Shown here: piece after piece, positions 27,061 through 39,383 of the stretch
Position numbering within the stretch: the stretch's first letter is position 1
Layout: each line of letters opens with the position of its first letter
DNA from: Chara braunii
Taxonomy: Eukaryota; Plantae; Charophyceae
Direction: 5' to 3'
Length of the DNA: 64,000 nucleotides
Assembly (NCBI GenBank): GCA_003427395.1
Contig: BFEA01000018.1
Span: forward strand, 2,439,533 to 2,503,532
Made by a program: the position numbers and the translations under genes
Notes under the pieces: model-generated
What the model was told of the DNA's origin: nothing
The model's database searches: none
The model's input: the letters and a program-made list of their open reading frames with translations, nothing else

Positions 27061-27152
<92 letters not shown>

Positions 27153-27352
27153 AGAGANNNNNNNNNNNNNNNNNNNNNNNNNNNNNNNNNNNNNNNNNNN
27201 NNNNNNNNNNNNNNNNNNNNNNNNNNNNNNNNNNNNNNNNNNNNNNNNNNNNNNNNNNNNNNNNNNNNNNNNNNNNNNNNNNNNNNNNNNNNNNNNNNNN
27301 NNNNNNNNNNNNNNNNNNNNNNNNNNNNNNNNNNNNNNNNNNNNNNNNNNNN

Positions 27353-27407
<55 letters not shown>

Positions 27408-28803
27408 ATTGACGCAGTCGTAGCTTAACCGAAGAAGTGGACCAAAGAGAGAAGCAGAACAATACACTCACAAACTTGAAAGAAACCGGCGCTTCATCGT
27501 GCCCTTAGCTTTGAAAATGAGAAAAGGGCGAAGAACAAGGCGCGCATGCCTTCTGCTTTCATGCCATGGCCCCAGGCCATGCAACCACTCGTCGACACAC
27601 ATACCTTCCTTACTCGAACACTGGCGATCCCGGGTGCCACGTACCGACCTCCACACCATAGCAATCGTCAACCCGACAACCTAGTTTCCACACCGACTTG
27701 CCCAGATCACGCAGGCCATCGCGGCTACCCGACGCACAACCTTGCAAAACTACAGTCGGCTCGTCAGGACTTTCCGACTCGCTGATCATCAAATCATCTA
27801 GCCACTACTTCCCGGAAGTTGGCAGATGGGTTGAGAGAGAGCTTTTCGAACACACTTGCGGATATTATAGTTGCGAAGAGGGAGATAAATGACGGGAGAG
27901 AAGGACGGGGAGGTAGAAAAGAGAGAAAAGGAGATAGGGATTGATTGCCTTGGGAAAGCCGTATCGATCCGCACGAGTTCTTCGCAGCCAATCAGATCAC
28001 AATGCGGGGGGATTAGATCTCCTTACATGTTGTTGTCAAATGGCTTGAAGTCTTTGAGAGGGGATCGATAGGGGCTTCCTTTATGAGGACGAAGGTGGAA
28101 AAGGAGAGGGGCCGAAGAACGGTGCGAGGCGAGACCAAGATTCAGATGAAGGGAGGAAAAAAGAAGTCCGAAGGAAAATGGGATGGAAAAGAGTTATGGG
28201 TCAAGGGAAGAAGGCGCGGAGGAGAGAAAGGTGAAGACGGCTTAGGATGCAGCGGGAAGCGGGGTAAGCTTGAATGCATGGCGCTGATACAGAAACAAAA
28301 AGGCACCGAAAACAATTACGCTTTGTCCATCCTAGCTTTAAAACTAGTTCAAGATTGAAAAATTCAAAAGCAATATCTATTATCTGTGCGTGGAATTAAA
28401 CGCACGAAAATCATATGTCTATTCAGATCTCTTTAGAAAATTCACAAATCTTTTTGAGGCGAATTTGGGAACACACATGCTCAAGAAAGGACACGTCAGC
28501 GGGAAGTGCGCCCGCAAATTTCGGAGTTCCCAACTGTTGAACAAAATTCCTAGCACGCTCTCTAAGGCGTGAGTAATTCCTACATAAGTTCATGAATTTT
28601 TGAAGAAAAACAAAGAAAAATTCCGAAAATTGTGAGCAAGCGAAAATGTTTTGAAGTTGGAAGGCCTCAGCGGCCATTGATTCCATGCATCACCTGTTCG
28701 TCAAAAAGAAGGTACCCAAAAGTCCGTTAAAGATTGAAACGAAAAGAATGGCGGAACCTAGGGGCTCGGGAGCTCCTTCAAGCTTGGAAGTTGGCACGTC
28801 ACA
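25737..28803. repeat. Putative ~3-kb LTR containing a GA microsatellite and a gap
   Basis: Perfect inverted termini TGTGACGT...ACGTCACA. Segments ~27996-28167 and ~28763-28803 recur in the same orientation at ~32853-33025 and ~33668-33708. Confidence 0.6.
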
Positions 28804-29093
28804 CATGTGACATTCAAGGGGTCCCAAAATTATGCGATCTCTTGATTACATGCATGGAAGTTTGGGAAGACTAGTGTACACAAGGAGAAAGGAGATAGAG
28901 AACAGAAGAGATGGGAAGACGAGGAACCCGGCGTATCAACAAGCAAAGGAAAGCACCTGACATCAGATTCAAGCAACATTGTTTGTCACAAAAAAAAACA
29001 TGTTGACGCTAACTTCAATTGCAATATCCTCGCGAGGCTGCTGCCATCGTGCCTAGACGTCAATCCTCCATTCCAGTAGAAAGGATCGAGATC

Positions 29094-31969
29094 TCAAGTG
29101 TCTGGTTGTCTTCTAGGTGACATCCTCGAGGTCTGGATCGTCTTGATGGCTACCGCTGGCTCACTGATGCTCCGCCCGATCGTAGTCAATGAGAAAAGGG
29201 GAAGGCGGTGGACGTGGCCATTGCGACGGAAGCGAGGGAAAGTGATCTCTAGGTTCGTCACTGAGATCAACGAAATGGACGATCCGGTGAAGACGAGGGA
29301 ATCGATGATTGAGTCGGGGAAGGGAGGCGAGGTATTCAGCGTAGAGGGTGGGGATTGTGCGCAAGGTATTGTCGCACAGCGACTCGTAATCTTCCACTGC
29401 GGGGAAGGTGCCGGAGATGATACAATACAACTCCATATGGTTGTACTGTCTCCATGCGACACTGAAGAGGAGGATATTGAGGAAAAAGGAGGATGGACTT
29501 CGCACAACAGACGGACGGAGCAGTGGCGGTAGAAGAGTTGGCTGGCAAAGATGCGATAGCCCGGGGAAAAGTCGGAGTGGGGGAGTGGAGAGAAGGAGAG
29601 GTAATCAACAGGGGGGCAGAAGATGGGACGAGGACGGAGCGCTCGAGCGGGGAGGAGGACGAGGCTGAATCGCGGAGGGGGCAATAGAGGAGGGAGATGG
29701 TGAGCGAGACCGACGGCGACGGTGGCGGAAGGATTCTTCGCCATCATGGCGGCTAGCTGCTTCTTTAGGTAGCTCAGGATTCCGCGCGGAATCCGGTGGT
29801 CTGGCTAGCCATGAACTCGTTGGAGGTGCTTCGCGATGTTGGAGTTGGGACAACTCCTCATGCTACTCCGTCGATGGCTCGTTTTCCTCCTCTTCGTCTT
29901 CGTCATCTTCGTCTTCCTCTTCTGAATCGGAATCCGCTTCTGCTTCTTCTTCTTTGTCATCTTGGCCTTGGTCGGGGAGCACTATTGGTTCAAGATCGTC
30001 TTCCTCTTCTGAATCGGAATCCGCTTCTGCTTCTACTTCTTCGTCATCTTGGTCTTGGTCGGGGAGCACTATTGGTTCACGATCGTCGTCAAATGGCATC
30101 TCCCCGTTATCACGATGAGCTATCTAGAAATCGTCCAGCTCAAAGTTGTTAGGAGAGATCTCGTCCAAGTCTAAGAAGTTCCCGGTGGCTGGATCGTGCT
30201 CGTTCACAACATGGCCCATGTCCGTTGTAGAGCCACTCCTGATAACTGTTGGCGTTAGCGTTCGTTCCAAGGTCACTGGCTCTGTGTGGCTTGGATTGCT
30301 TGGATTGAAAGAGATGATGCTCAGGGGAAATCCTCGACAATCTATGCTAGGAATATGAGGATCTCATTAGCGATGGTCGCTCTCCCTCCTTGTTCCACTT
30401 CGCCAAAAAGGAGCCAGCAAGAATCTCACTCGTTCCTGAGTGCCATGCTTGTACCAGAAGTAGAGTGATTGTTTGGATCGATCACTTCTCGATTCTGATA
30501 GTAGTGCGCCCAATGAGCTTTCACGGACAACATGCAAAAGTTGGTCGCCATAAATCTAGTCGAATGCCGATTATAACGAGCAAAGCGGAAAGGAGGTATT
30601 GCTATCGAGCGGATTTCAAGAGAGAGAGTAGAGGATCGGCCCAAGATGGTCAGAGAGTAGGGAGATCGGAGGGGAGAGAGAAAGTAGAGAAGCGATTCAT
30701 CGGCGAGGAGGATAGAAGGGGCGTAGGACAGGGAGTAGCGGTGTCGGAGGATCCGATGTGTTGGATCGCAGAGAGAAAGTGTCGATGCACTTTGTTCCCC
30801 CCACTTGTTTGCCCGACCGAGCTAATCGTTGTCGCCAATCTATCACTAATTCGCGTCCCAACTCGTACGATCTCTCTGTTATCTCGAACCTCTGAGTAGC
30901 TGCGATACTGCAAAGGTCTCCACTAAACACGTCCATCACCGTCACGTCACTTTGTCTCGGCCGAGAGACCACAAGAAGGCCGAAGCTTCCACCGAGATTA
31001 CCGCCGAACCACGATCCGTTACAATCGTCACTTCCACGGCTGCATACCTTGCTTGCATGCTAAACAACTACGCAAATCGCAATAGATCGGGGATGAGCCA
31101 AGGATGAGACACTTGGCGAATCTACAGAGACGGTCGAGGCTGAAGAAGACGAGCAGAGATGGTCGGCTCAAGGGCGAAACTCATGGTGATGGCTGCGGGC
31201 ATAAGGAATCAGAAGGAGAGGAAGGGGAGGCAAGATCTTCGTTACTGCGGGAGAGAGATAAGGACGAGGAAGAAGGAGCGGGATTGTTAGGAGAATGAAG
31301 AGGACAAAGGTAGGAGATATGGCGGATGATAGGAAGGGAGCTATGATTTGAGCTTGTCTCAGGAGCGATGCGCATAGTATTCACCCCATTAGGACCTAGC
31401 TCCAATACACGAAAGCAGCCATAAAACTTTGGTGCGAGTTTTCGGTCGCGTGCACATTTACGTAGTTGTACCAGATCCCCTAATTCATACTGAATTTGAG
31501 GGACGACATTTTCGTTCTGGCCCTCGTAACTGCAAACCTGCCTACCTTGGGCCAGTTTTGTCATCCTTTGCTTTTATGGGTCAATCTAGGAAATCCCTTT
31601 TCCATTAATTTGGTGTACCTTTTGGCCTTAGCCTTAAGGGATGCCCGCGTGTCTCTACCCCATGGCTCGACAATTTCTGAGACATTTCGGTTGGTGACGC
31701 AATTGATAATATTTGTCTGTAACTGAAAGGGGGTGAATCGTATCGATTCGTGAGGGGTGACCCGGAAAATTCCAACGATTTGTATACAATCTCACGCGGC
31801 ACAGTTTACCCAATCGACAAATCCAGACTGGTGAGGACGAAAATCCACTCCATAAACTCGAGAAATGTATGTGCAAAAATAACATAACTTATCGGGGAGA
31901 TCTGAGAAGAACATGGGGTCGGGATTGAGAAGGAGTAGGACAGGCGGAGGGAGAAGAGGGAGCAGCCAT
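29094..31969 (-). pseudogene. Decayed ORF(s) downstream of RNase H: integrase C-terminal remnants, then Ser/Pro-rich and acidic regions
   Basis: ATG 31969, 17 nt after the pol TGA. FRVTPHESIRFTPFQLQ and YELGDLVQLR..KLAPKFYGCFRVLE resemble the end of the integrase core and the GPY/F module. Acidic repeat at 29863-30099. Confidence 0.55.
29910..30083. repeat. 87-bp tandem duplication encoding an acidic peptide on the minus strand
   Basis: EPIVLPDQ(D/G)QDD(E/K)E(V/E)EAEADSDSEEED twice. Confidence 0.9.
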
Positions 31970-32848
31970 TGCTTATGAGTGGAGGTTCATACCTTTTGAA
32001 GAATCTCCACCTCACCGTACTTGGGCTTGTTCTTTGGTTCCAGATCGTTCCATGGGATCACTTCCTCGTTCGTTGTCACTTTGTCAGGCCGATGCAGACG
32101 TGTCAATCCGTCAGTGAGCGTTTCAAGAATTGAAGGTGGTTCTAATCTCGGCCCCTATTCTCATGAGGCCGAACCCATAAAAGCCTTTTGTCCTCATCAC
32201 TGATTGGCAGCCTGAGGCGATCTCAGTGATCTTGGTCCAGGTGGGACTAGACGGGTTGGAACACAGAATACGCTTCCAAGACTATACTTGCATGCAAGAG
32301 GAACTACTCGGCGCCAACAGGGGAATGTTTTGTTGCTTTATGGGGGATCAGTCACTTCTGAGCATATACTTATACATTCGAAAGTTCACTCTGGTTACCG
32401 ACCACGATCCATTTTTGGCCTGAAGAAGTTGAAGGATTTCTCAGGTATGATGGGACGATGGGCGACTACGTTGCAGAGCATGGAATTTGACATCTGCCAC
32501 TGAAAGCACGTAACGACACGGAAACGCTGATGGATTGACACGTTTGCATCGACCTGATAAAGTGACAGCGAACGAGGAAGTGATCCCGTGGAACGATCTG
32601 GAACCAAAGAACGAGCCCGAGTACGGTGAGGTGGAGATTCTTCAGAAGGTATGAACCTCCACTCATAAGCAATGACTGCTCTTTTTTCTCCCTCCGACTG
32701 TCCTACTCCTTCTCAAGTTCCTGACCCCTTGTTCTTCTCGGATCTCCCCGATAAGTTATGTTATTTCTGCACGTGCATTTCTCGAGTTTATGGAGTGGAT
32801 TTTCATCCTCACGAGTTTGGATTTGTCGACTGGGTAAACTGTGCCGCG
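31795..32848. repeat. Inverted repeat with ~320-bp arms (~31795-32115 and ~32527-32848)
   Basis: The arms are diverged reverse complements covering the RNase H end and the start of the downstream ORF. Confidence 0.9.
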
Positions 32849-34489
32849 TCAAATCACAGTGCGGGGGGATTTATTCTCCTTACATGCTATTGTTTAATGG
32901 CTTGGAGTCTCTGAGAGGGGATTGGTAGGGACTTCTTGTACGAGGACGAAGGCGGGAAAGGAGAGGGGGCGATGGACGGTGCAGGGGGGGACCAAGATTC
33001 AGATGGAGGGAGGGAAAAAGAAGCGCAAAGATGCTCTGCGCCAACTGCGTTTTTCGCACAAACTTTTGGAAAATCATGTTCATCGCACGCTGAAACGTAA
33101 CTAGTGCATTGCAAATACCCATCGGGCATCGGATCCATTGCCGGGTCCCTTCAAAAAGGACAAATGCCGTTTTCGGGCGGTTTTCCTTTTCGACGAGAAG
33201 GTGATGGAAGCCATGTCGGACGTCAAACTTACTGAAAAAGCATGCACATCCAATAACATCCAGCAATTCATCAATCTGAGGAAGGGGATAAACATCTTTA
33301 ATCATGATATGATTCAATTTTCGATAATCAATGCTGTGCGATTGAATATATGGATGATATCCTGGTGTATTCACGCACCTAAGAAGGACACGTGCAACAC
33401 ATTGAGTGGACGCTCCATGAGCTGAAGGATGCGGGTTCAAGGTTGTTCCTGAGAAATGTCAGTTCTTCCTGACGAAGATTTCATTCATGGGCCACGTGGT
33501 TACTGACAAGGGGTTGCAGCCGGAACCTCAGAAGGTGCAAGTTGTGCGGGACGCGCCGGTGCCCACGTCGCTTGTGCAAGTTCGCACATTTTTGGGACTG
33601 GCCTTGTACTACCGGAGGTTCATCAAGGGATTCACGGCAATCACGGGACCCCTCACAAATCTATTGGGCCTCGGGAGCTCGTTCAAGCATGGAAGTTGGC
33701 ACATCACATAGTGTGACCAGCACTCAGGACCATTACCCTACCTATATATAGGGCAACTTGGACCAGACAGCAGTGACAAGCACCAAGGCTGGACAGCCCC
33801 CCAACCCTAGTGGAAGCGGAAGCGGATCAACCTTGTCGTACGGGATCTTCGGACGCCAGGCTCATGCAATCTTTTTCTGCCGGCTTAATATCAGAGAGTC
33901 TACCCAGCACGAGTACCTAGGCAAGGCAAGCTGGCGCCCACGGACGCATCCTACTGTCCTTCCCCTAACTTACCCAAGGCCAGGCGGAACTCAAACCAGC
34001 TGGAGCGAATGTATCCCTACCCTACCCTAGAGTCTAATCCATGCTGAGCAGACCACTGCGTGTACCTGATAGACCCCCCCAGCCCGATATTATAGTTGTA
34101 TGCATATGTGTGACCGTAAGCTATGTATGTATGGGCCCGTAAGCTATGTGTATGTTCACAAGCCATGTATGCCCGTAGGCTATGTATACTCTGTGTAACT
34201 GTATAGCGATATGTATGTGCCTGAAGGCCAAATGATATGTGCACTACTATGTAGAGGGAGCTGTGTTTTCTCTGAAGAGATAACATGCGACGAGAAGACT
34301 TTACCGTATGAGCAACAATCACAAACGACACCTATGTGTGATATGCCAGACTGCACACAGCATCAAGACCCAACATACAACCCTTGGGTGGTGTGCAGGC
34401 AGTGTCTGTAATAGCTTACCTGCATCAGCCCAAGGGGGTATGCAAGTGACCATGCATTATGTAAACGCCCTCCGGTGTCTCTGTGCGAA

Positions 34490-34530
34490 GGAGTGGAGTT
34501 TCGAACCCACATCCTCAGACCACAATGCCC
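34490..34530 (-). other. tRNA-like 3' half (B box/T arm), possibly a SINE head
   Basis: Minus strand GCATTGTGGTCTGAGGATGTGGGTTCGAAACTCCAC with GGTTCGAA in an imperfect stem. No A box visible. Confidence 0.35.
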
Positions 34531-35049
34531 TTTTTTTTTTTCTTTTTTCTTTTAAAAGAACTCAATTATATATTCCGAACATCAAAGAAGAGGTCGGGGA
34601 CCTCACAATTCAACCCGGAGTTATCCCGACAGCATCAGTCGGTTTAGCTTAGCAAGTGACCCGAAAAGACTCAAGCAACCAATACCTACAACACCTTAAT
34701 CATCATTATAACAATTACTCCCAAACAAATTCTTTTTCCAATTCAACCATATATATTTACACCTAACCGTTGCTTCCCATTTCAACCAATTCAATACTGT
34801 TTACCAATTGATCATACTTTCCCCTATCACTATTCTAGCCTACTTCCAGCCTATTTCGGTTACCGAGCTATAGCGCCAAATGGAGGCAAAACTCCTTATT
34901 ATTGGACACTCTCCTACCTGGACCATTGCGTCCCTAACGACCAAGTGTCCTGGTCAGTAACCTCGCCTCCCTAGCCTCCGCCATACTTGATCGAGAGCGC
35001 AGGTCCACCTAGCTATAATTACCAACTCCCTAAAGTACACTACCTATCA

Positions 35050-38000
35050 ACTGCAGACCCCTAAAATTAGGATCCCTCCTGCAGCCATTTGGAGAAAACC
35101 AACCTTCTGGGTGGGAGGATTCCCACTAATTGATTACCCTGAGCCCACGTCCGCAGAAACCATCACAGTTCACTTCGAGGGGCTTTGCCGCATTTGGCTT
35201 TCTTCTTCCAGTCTGCCAAAATAGCATGCCTCAGCCCTCTTGATGGCAGTTTTCAGTTCAACATCCGCGAAGGCCTTTTGTTGGAATCGAGAGCGATTCT
35301 TGTCAGCCCAGATAACCTCATATATAATTGCCCTTACCACCTAGGCAATATATGGCCAGCCCCTCGGACCAGTGTGTTCTGCCGGAGTGAAGCCTATTAA
35401 GACCCATCTCTCCTCTCAGGTGATGTGTTCGTCTCCCATCTGTACCCAATGTTGCTACCACCATCGCCAAATTCGCTTTGATGCTGGACATTGCCACCAC
35501 AAGTGTCTGGTTGATTCAAAAGGCCAGGTACAGGTCCCAAAGGAGGTCCCACAACTTCTTAAGCTCATTTGCTGCGTTTTGTAAATCTTCCATCAACACT
35601 GCACTCCACCTAGAAATAGCCACCGAGGCTGGGGAATGACTAGGAGCGTGTGCCAGGAGGTAGGAATCTTTCACTGAGTAATTAAATAGATTGAGGACGT
35701 CTGGGGCTGAGGCTGAACGTTTGTTGTCCCTCCAACTCCATGCCAGGGGGTCGATAGAAAGTTCTCTTAATGGAACTTGACCCACCCACTGCAATTTTTG
35801 CACTTCTCCTCTGCCATTCCTCCATTCCACGATTCTAGCTTGGGGTGGGTTGTCCCAGTGCTGAATCAGCTCCTCCCCTACGCGAGTCATCTTGTGGGGG
35901 GGCCTTCCACTGGATTACCCTTCTAAACCCTGAGTTGGTCAGTTCTTAAACCTGCCAGACTGTGCCCTCCTCGTGGCGAGGGACATACCATGCTCCCACC
36001 GGGTCGATGCCTTCTGGACCCCGGATGGTGACCCAATCTTCCGGTATAGCCTGAAGCAACTTTAACCTATTTTCTTCTACTCTCCTCAGGCCTTGCAGCT
36101 GCACATGCAACTCCTCAGCAGGCTTCCAAGTACCCAGCAGGGTTGACCAGATGTCTGTTATCCTAGATACCCCTCTCCGTACCCATACTCTGCCGAAGGA
36201 GCCTCCCTCTGGTCCTGCTGAAAATTCCTCCCCGTTGCAACTTCTAATGTACTGGTTTTCAAAGAGCGGTTGCTGCAGGACTTCTTCCTTCGTTTTTGGA
36301 GGGGTTCTGTTCTCCGGAGGGTGCTTGGACCATGCCTTTCTTACTGCGTTCCAAGACTCCGATTTTAGCTTTTTCCTCATGAAGGACTTTAGGAAAAAGC
36401 ATACCCATACATCGGACGGACACTGCAGCTGCCATTCTCTCATCAAAATTCGTTCTGCTAGCCTGATCCAGTCTTCCTTCCCATCTGTCATCGCTACTTC
36501 TGAGAGCCACAACCTCAGTTGAGCTTGGTTCTTTCTTTGAGGATCAACCAAGCCCAAGCCCCCCTGCTCCTTGCTGCAGGCTATCAAATCCCAAAAACCA
36601 CTTTCACCAAACATCCCTCCTCTCCATTCGCACGTGGCTTCCAAATGAATCTAGCCGCCAGCCTCTTTATTTCCGACAGGGTCGCCTCTGCCACCTCCCT
36701 CACAATGCCTGCAAACCAAATAAGAGAGAAGAGGGCAACATTGATTACCATTGCCTTTCCAAAGAGAGAGAAGTGTCAGGCTGAGACCCTCAATTTGGTT
36801 GCTACCCGCTGTTGCAGTACCAATCCTTGCGCAGTGTCCATGATCTGCAGCCCAATAAGAACTCCCAGAAAACGTTCCCTGGCCGGCGTCTCTACTCTCT
36901 TCATACCCCATTCTACCTGAATAGAGTATTGTTCAGGCGGAATGAACGTAGACTTACTCCAGTTAACTTGGGCTTCTGATAGCTGCGAGTAGTCTTGCAG
37001 AATACATTTCACAGCGCCCAGGGAGGATACTGTGTTCTCTAATCCTACGAACAGGTCGTCGGCGAGTGCCTTCACCTTGCACTCGTGAATGTTCAAGAGT
37101 ACCAGTCCCTTGATGTCCGGATGGTTCCTGATGCAGTCGAGAGGCACTTCCAATTGGAGGACGGACAACAGCGGAGCCAGGGGACAGCCTTGTCTTAGAG
37201 ATCTTGACAGTTGAAAAACATTGGAGACGTGTCCGTTGACCAGCACCGCTGACATGGAGGTTGTATACATTACAATAACCCAGCGAATGAAACAGACTCC
37301 AAAGCCCATTTTCCGCAGGGTGGTCAGTACTAAGGACCACCCTACTCGGTCATAGGCTTTTTCCAAATCGAGTAATAGCAGCGCCACGTCCAGTCCTTCC
37401 GTGTGAACCACTTCCACTGATTCAATTGCTGTCAAGATGTTGATGAAAATCGATCTGCCCTGCACAAATGCTCCTTGGTCCTTTTCAATACATCTGGGGA
37501 GGACCTTGCCCAGTCTCAGTGCTAACGTTTTAGCCAAGTTTTTGTAGCTAACATTAAGAACTGAGATTGGACGGTAATTACGAACGTTAGCTTTATCCCC
37601 TTTCTTAAACATGATTGAGATTACCCCATGTGACATTACCTTTCCCAGTTTGCCTCCAGTAAGAATCTCGTTGTATACCTCCACCAAGGCTGGCCCCACA
37701 GCGTCCCAACAGGCTCTGTAAAACTCTACCGTCAACCCATCAATACCCGGGCTTTTTCCTGTTGCCATCTGTTTCAGCGTAGCTTGGAGTTCCTCTGTAG
37801 TCACTGGCCTATCAAGTGATAGTCGTTCTTGCTTTGTGAGGGAGACCCTTGTCTCCTTCCACATGTCTATTTCCATTGACAGGTCTGTATCAACAGTATC
37901 CGTCCATCTTTTGGATGTCAAGATGTCCTCATAGTACAGTCGACCATATTCCAGCATCTCAGTTATCGCTGTTGCTGGAGGAGCGGATTCGACGAAGGGA

Positions 38001-39193
38001 TGTGCTAGTTGAACCACTTGGTGGAAGGAACGGCTTGGGAGGAGTTTTTGAAATGTCTCCTTTGTGAGTCTGTCGTGTACCATGATACCTTTGAACTTCA
38101 ACGTTTCTTCCCATTTAGCCTGCTTTTCCACCTGGATCTTCTCTAGCTCTATTAGGTGTTGCTCCCTCTCCATTGCCCAGGTAACTTCTGAAATAGGATG
38201 CTGTTCCATTCTTCTCTCTGCCACTTCAATCTCCTTCCTGCATACTTCCTCCTTCTAGTTTCTGCCCTTTGCCAAGATTTTTGGAGCAGACATTGAGCAT
38301 TGCAGAGAGAGTAGCTATCCCGCCATCAAGCCAATCTGCTGTGTCTGAGAAGTGTTCCCTGGCGGATTGCTAGGCTGCCATATGTTCCTCTACCCACTCC
38401 TTCAGACCTTGATCTTCTAAGTTTTGGCTGTTTAATTTGAAGTAACCTTTACCTATGTCTGCCTCCATGTCCATCACCATCTCTAGGACCACTGGTATGT
38501 GGTCAGACATCGGATTGACATGATGTCTAGTGGCTGTTATCCTCGAAGCCAGAGAGTTGTTGGACAAAAAATAGTCCAGTCTTCTTCTAGTTATTGATTC
38601 TTGGTCTCTCCTCCTATTAGCAAACCAGGTATACCCTGGGTCTTCAGGGTGAATGGATCTGAATACTCTCCCTCTTGAATGAAGTCCAATAAGGCCACTG
38701 CATCTCTTCTCCCTGCCGAGCGGGTTCCATCAGTGAGGGCCTCGTCAAGAGAAAGGTTCCAATCCCCGCCTATCAGAATAAAGTCATCCTGGGGAATGAT
38801 ACAGGCCAGGGACTTATAAAACACAGCCTTAGCTGTAGGGTCTGTGGGGGCATATATATTAGTAATCACCAATATCTGCGAGTCAAACCTCAGGCTAATC
38901 CATGCCCACCTTCCCCATAGATTCGATTCCTGGTCCACTAGCTGGGGTTGGAACTTCCTATGTAGCAGTATCCCTACACCCCCCTGCGTACCCTGTGTTG
39001 GTGACCATACCGGAGGACCCTCCCACCACAGAGCTAGCTCCACTAACTTCCTTTCGTTTAATTTAGTTTCCTGGATACACAGGCAGTCCAGATTCCCATC
39101 ATGCATCCAGGATTTTACCCTTCTCTTCTTGAATCTGGATGTAGTATCGCCCATCCCCCTCACATTCCAAGACGTTATTCGCAGGTTAACCAT
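35050..39193 (-). pseudogene. LINE ORF2 (APE endonuclease plus reverse transcriptase), disrupted
   Basis: ATG 39193 (MVNLRITSWNVRG), continuing through ORFs 38591..39355, 38370..38567, 36776..38224, 35946..36644 and 35516..35890. Confidence 0.92.
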
Positions 39194-39383
39194 GAAATAA
39201 TCCGTTGCCCGCTGATCTTTGGATGCGAGGGGCCTCAGATGATTCGTCTGTCCATCTTGTTGTAGGAACTCCCGGAGATTGGGCCATTGAGATGTGTCTG
39301 GAAGTACTCTGAGAGCAGGATTGAGATGGTGAGCGTCATCCCTCCACGAGGGCACTGGCCAAAAACTTGGAATGTAGGTTCTC

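Larger units (their letters stand above)
25737..33708. mobile_element. Rearranged Ty3/Gypsy-like element (LTR, extra ORF, scrambled RT/RNase H pieces, LTR remnants)
   Basis: RT IDYRKLN...CPMGICNA (minus, ~33036-33329), YMDDILVYS...FLGLALYYRRFI (plus, ~33330-33665) and RNase H ITDWQPEAIS...VTDH...NADGLTR (plus, ~32116-32654). Flanks CAGTA/TAGTG may be a decayed TSD. Confidence 0.75.

Noticed and set aside
34490-34530. Intact tRNA gene
   Set aside because: No D arm/A box or acceptor stem; at most a fragment
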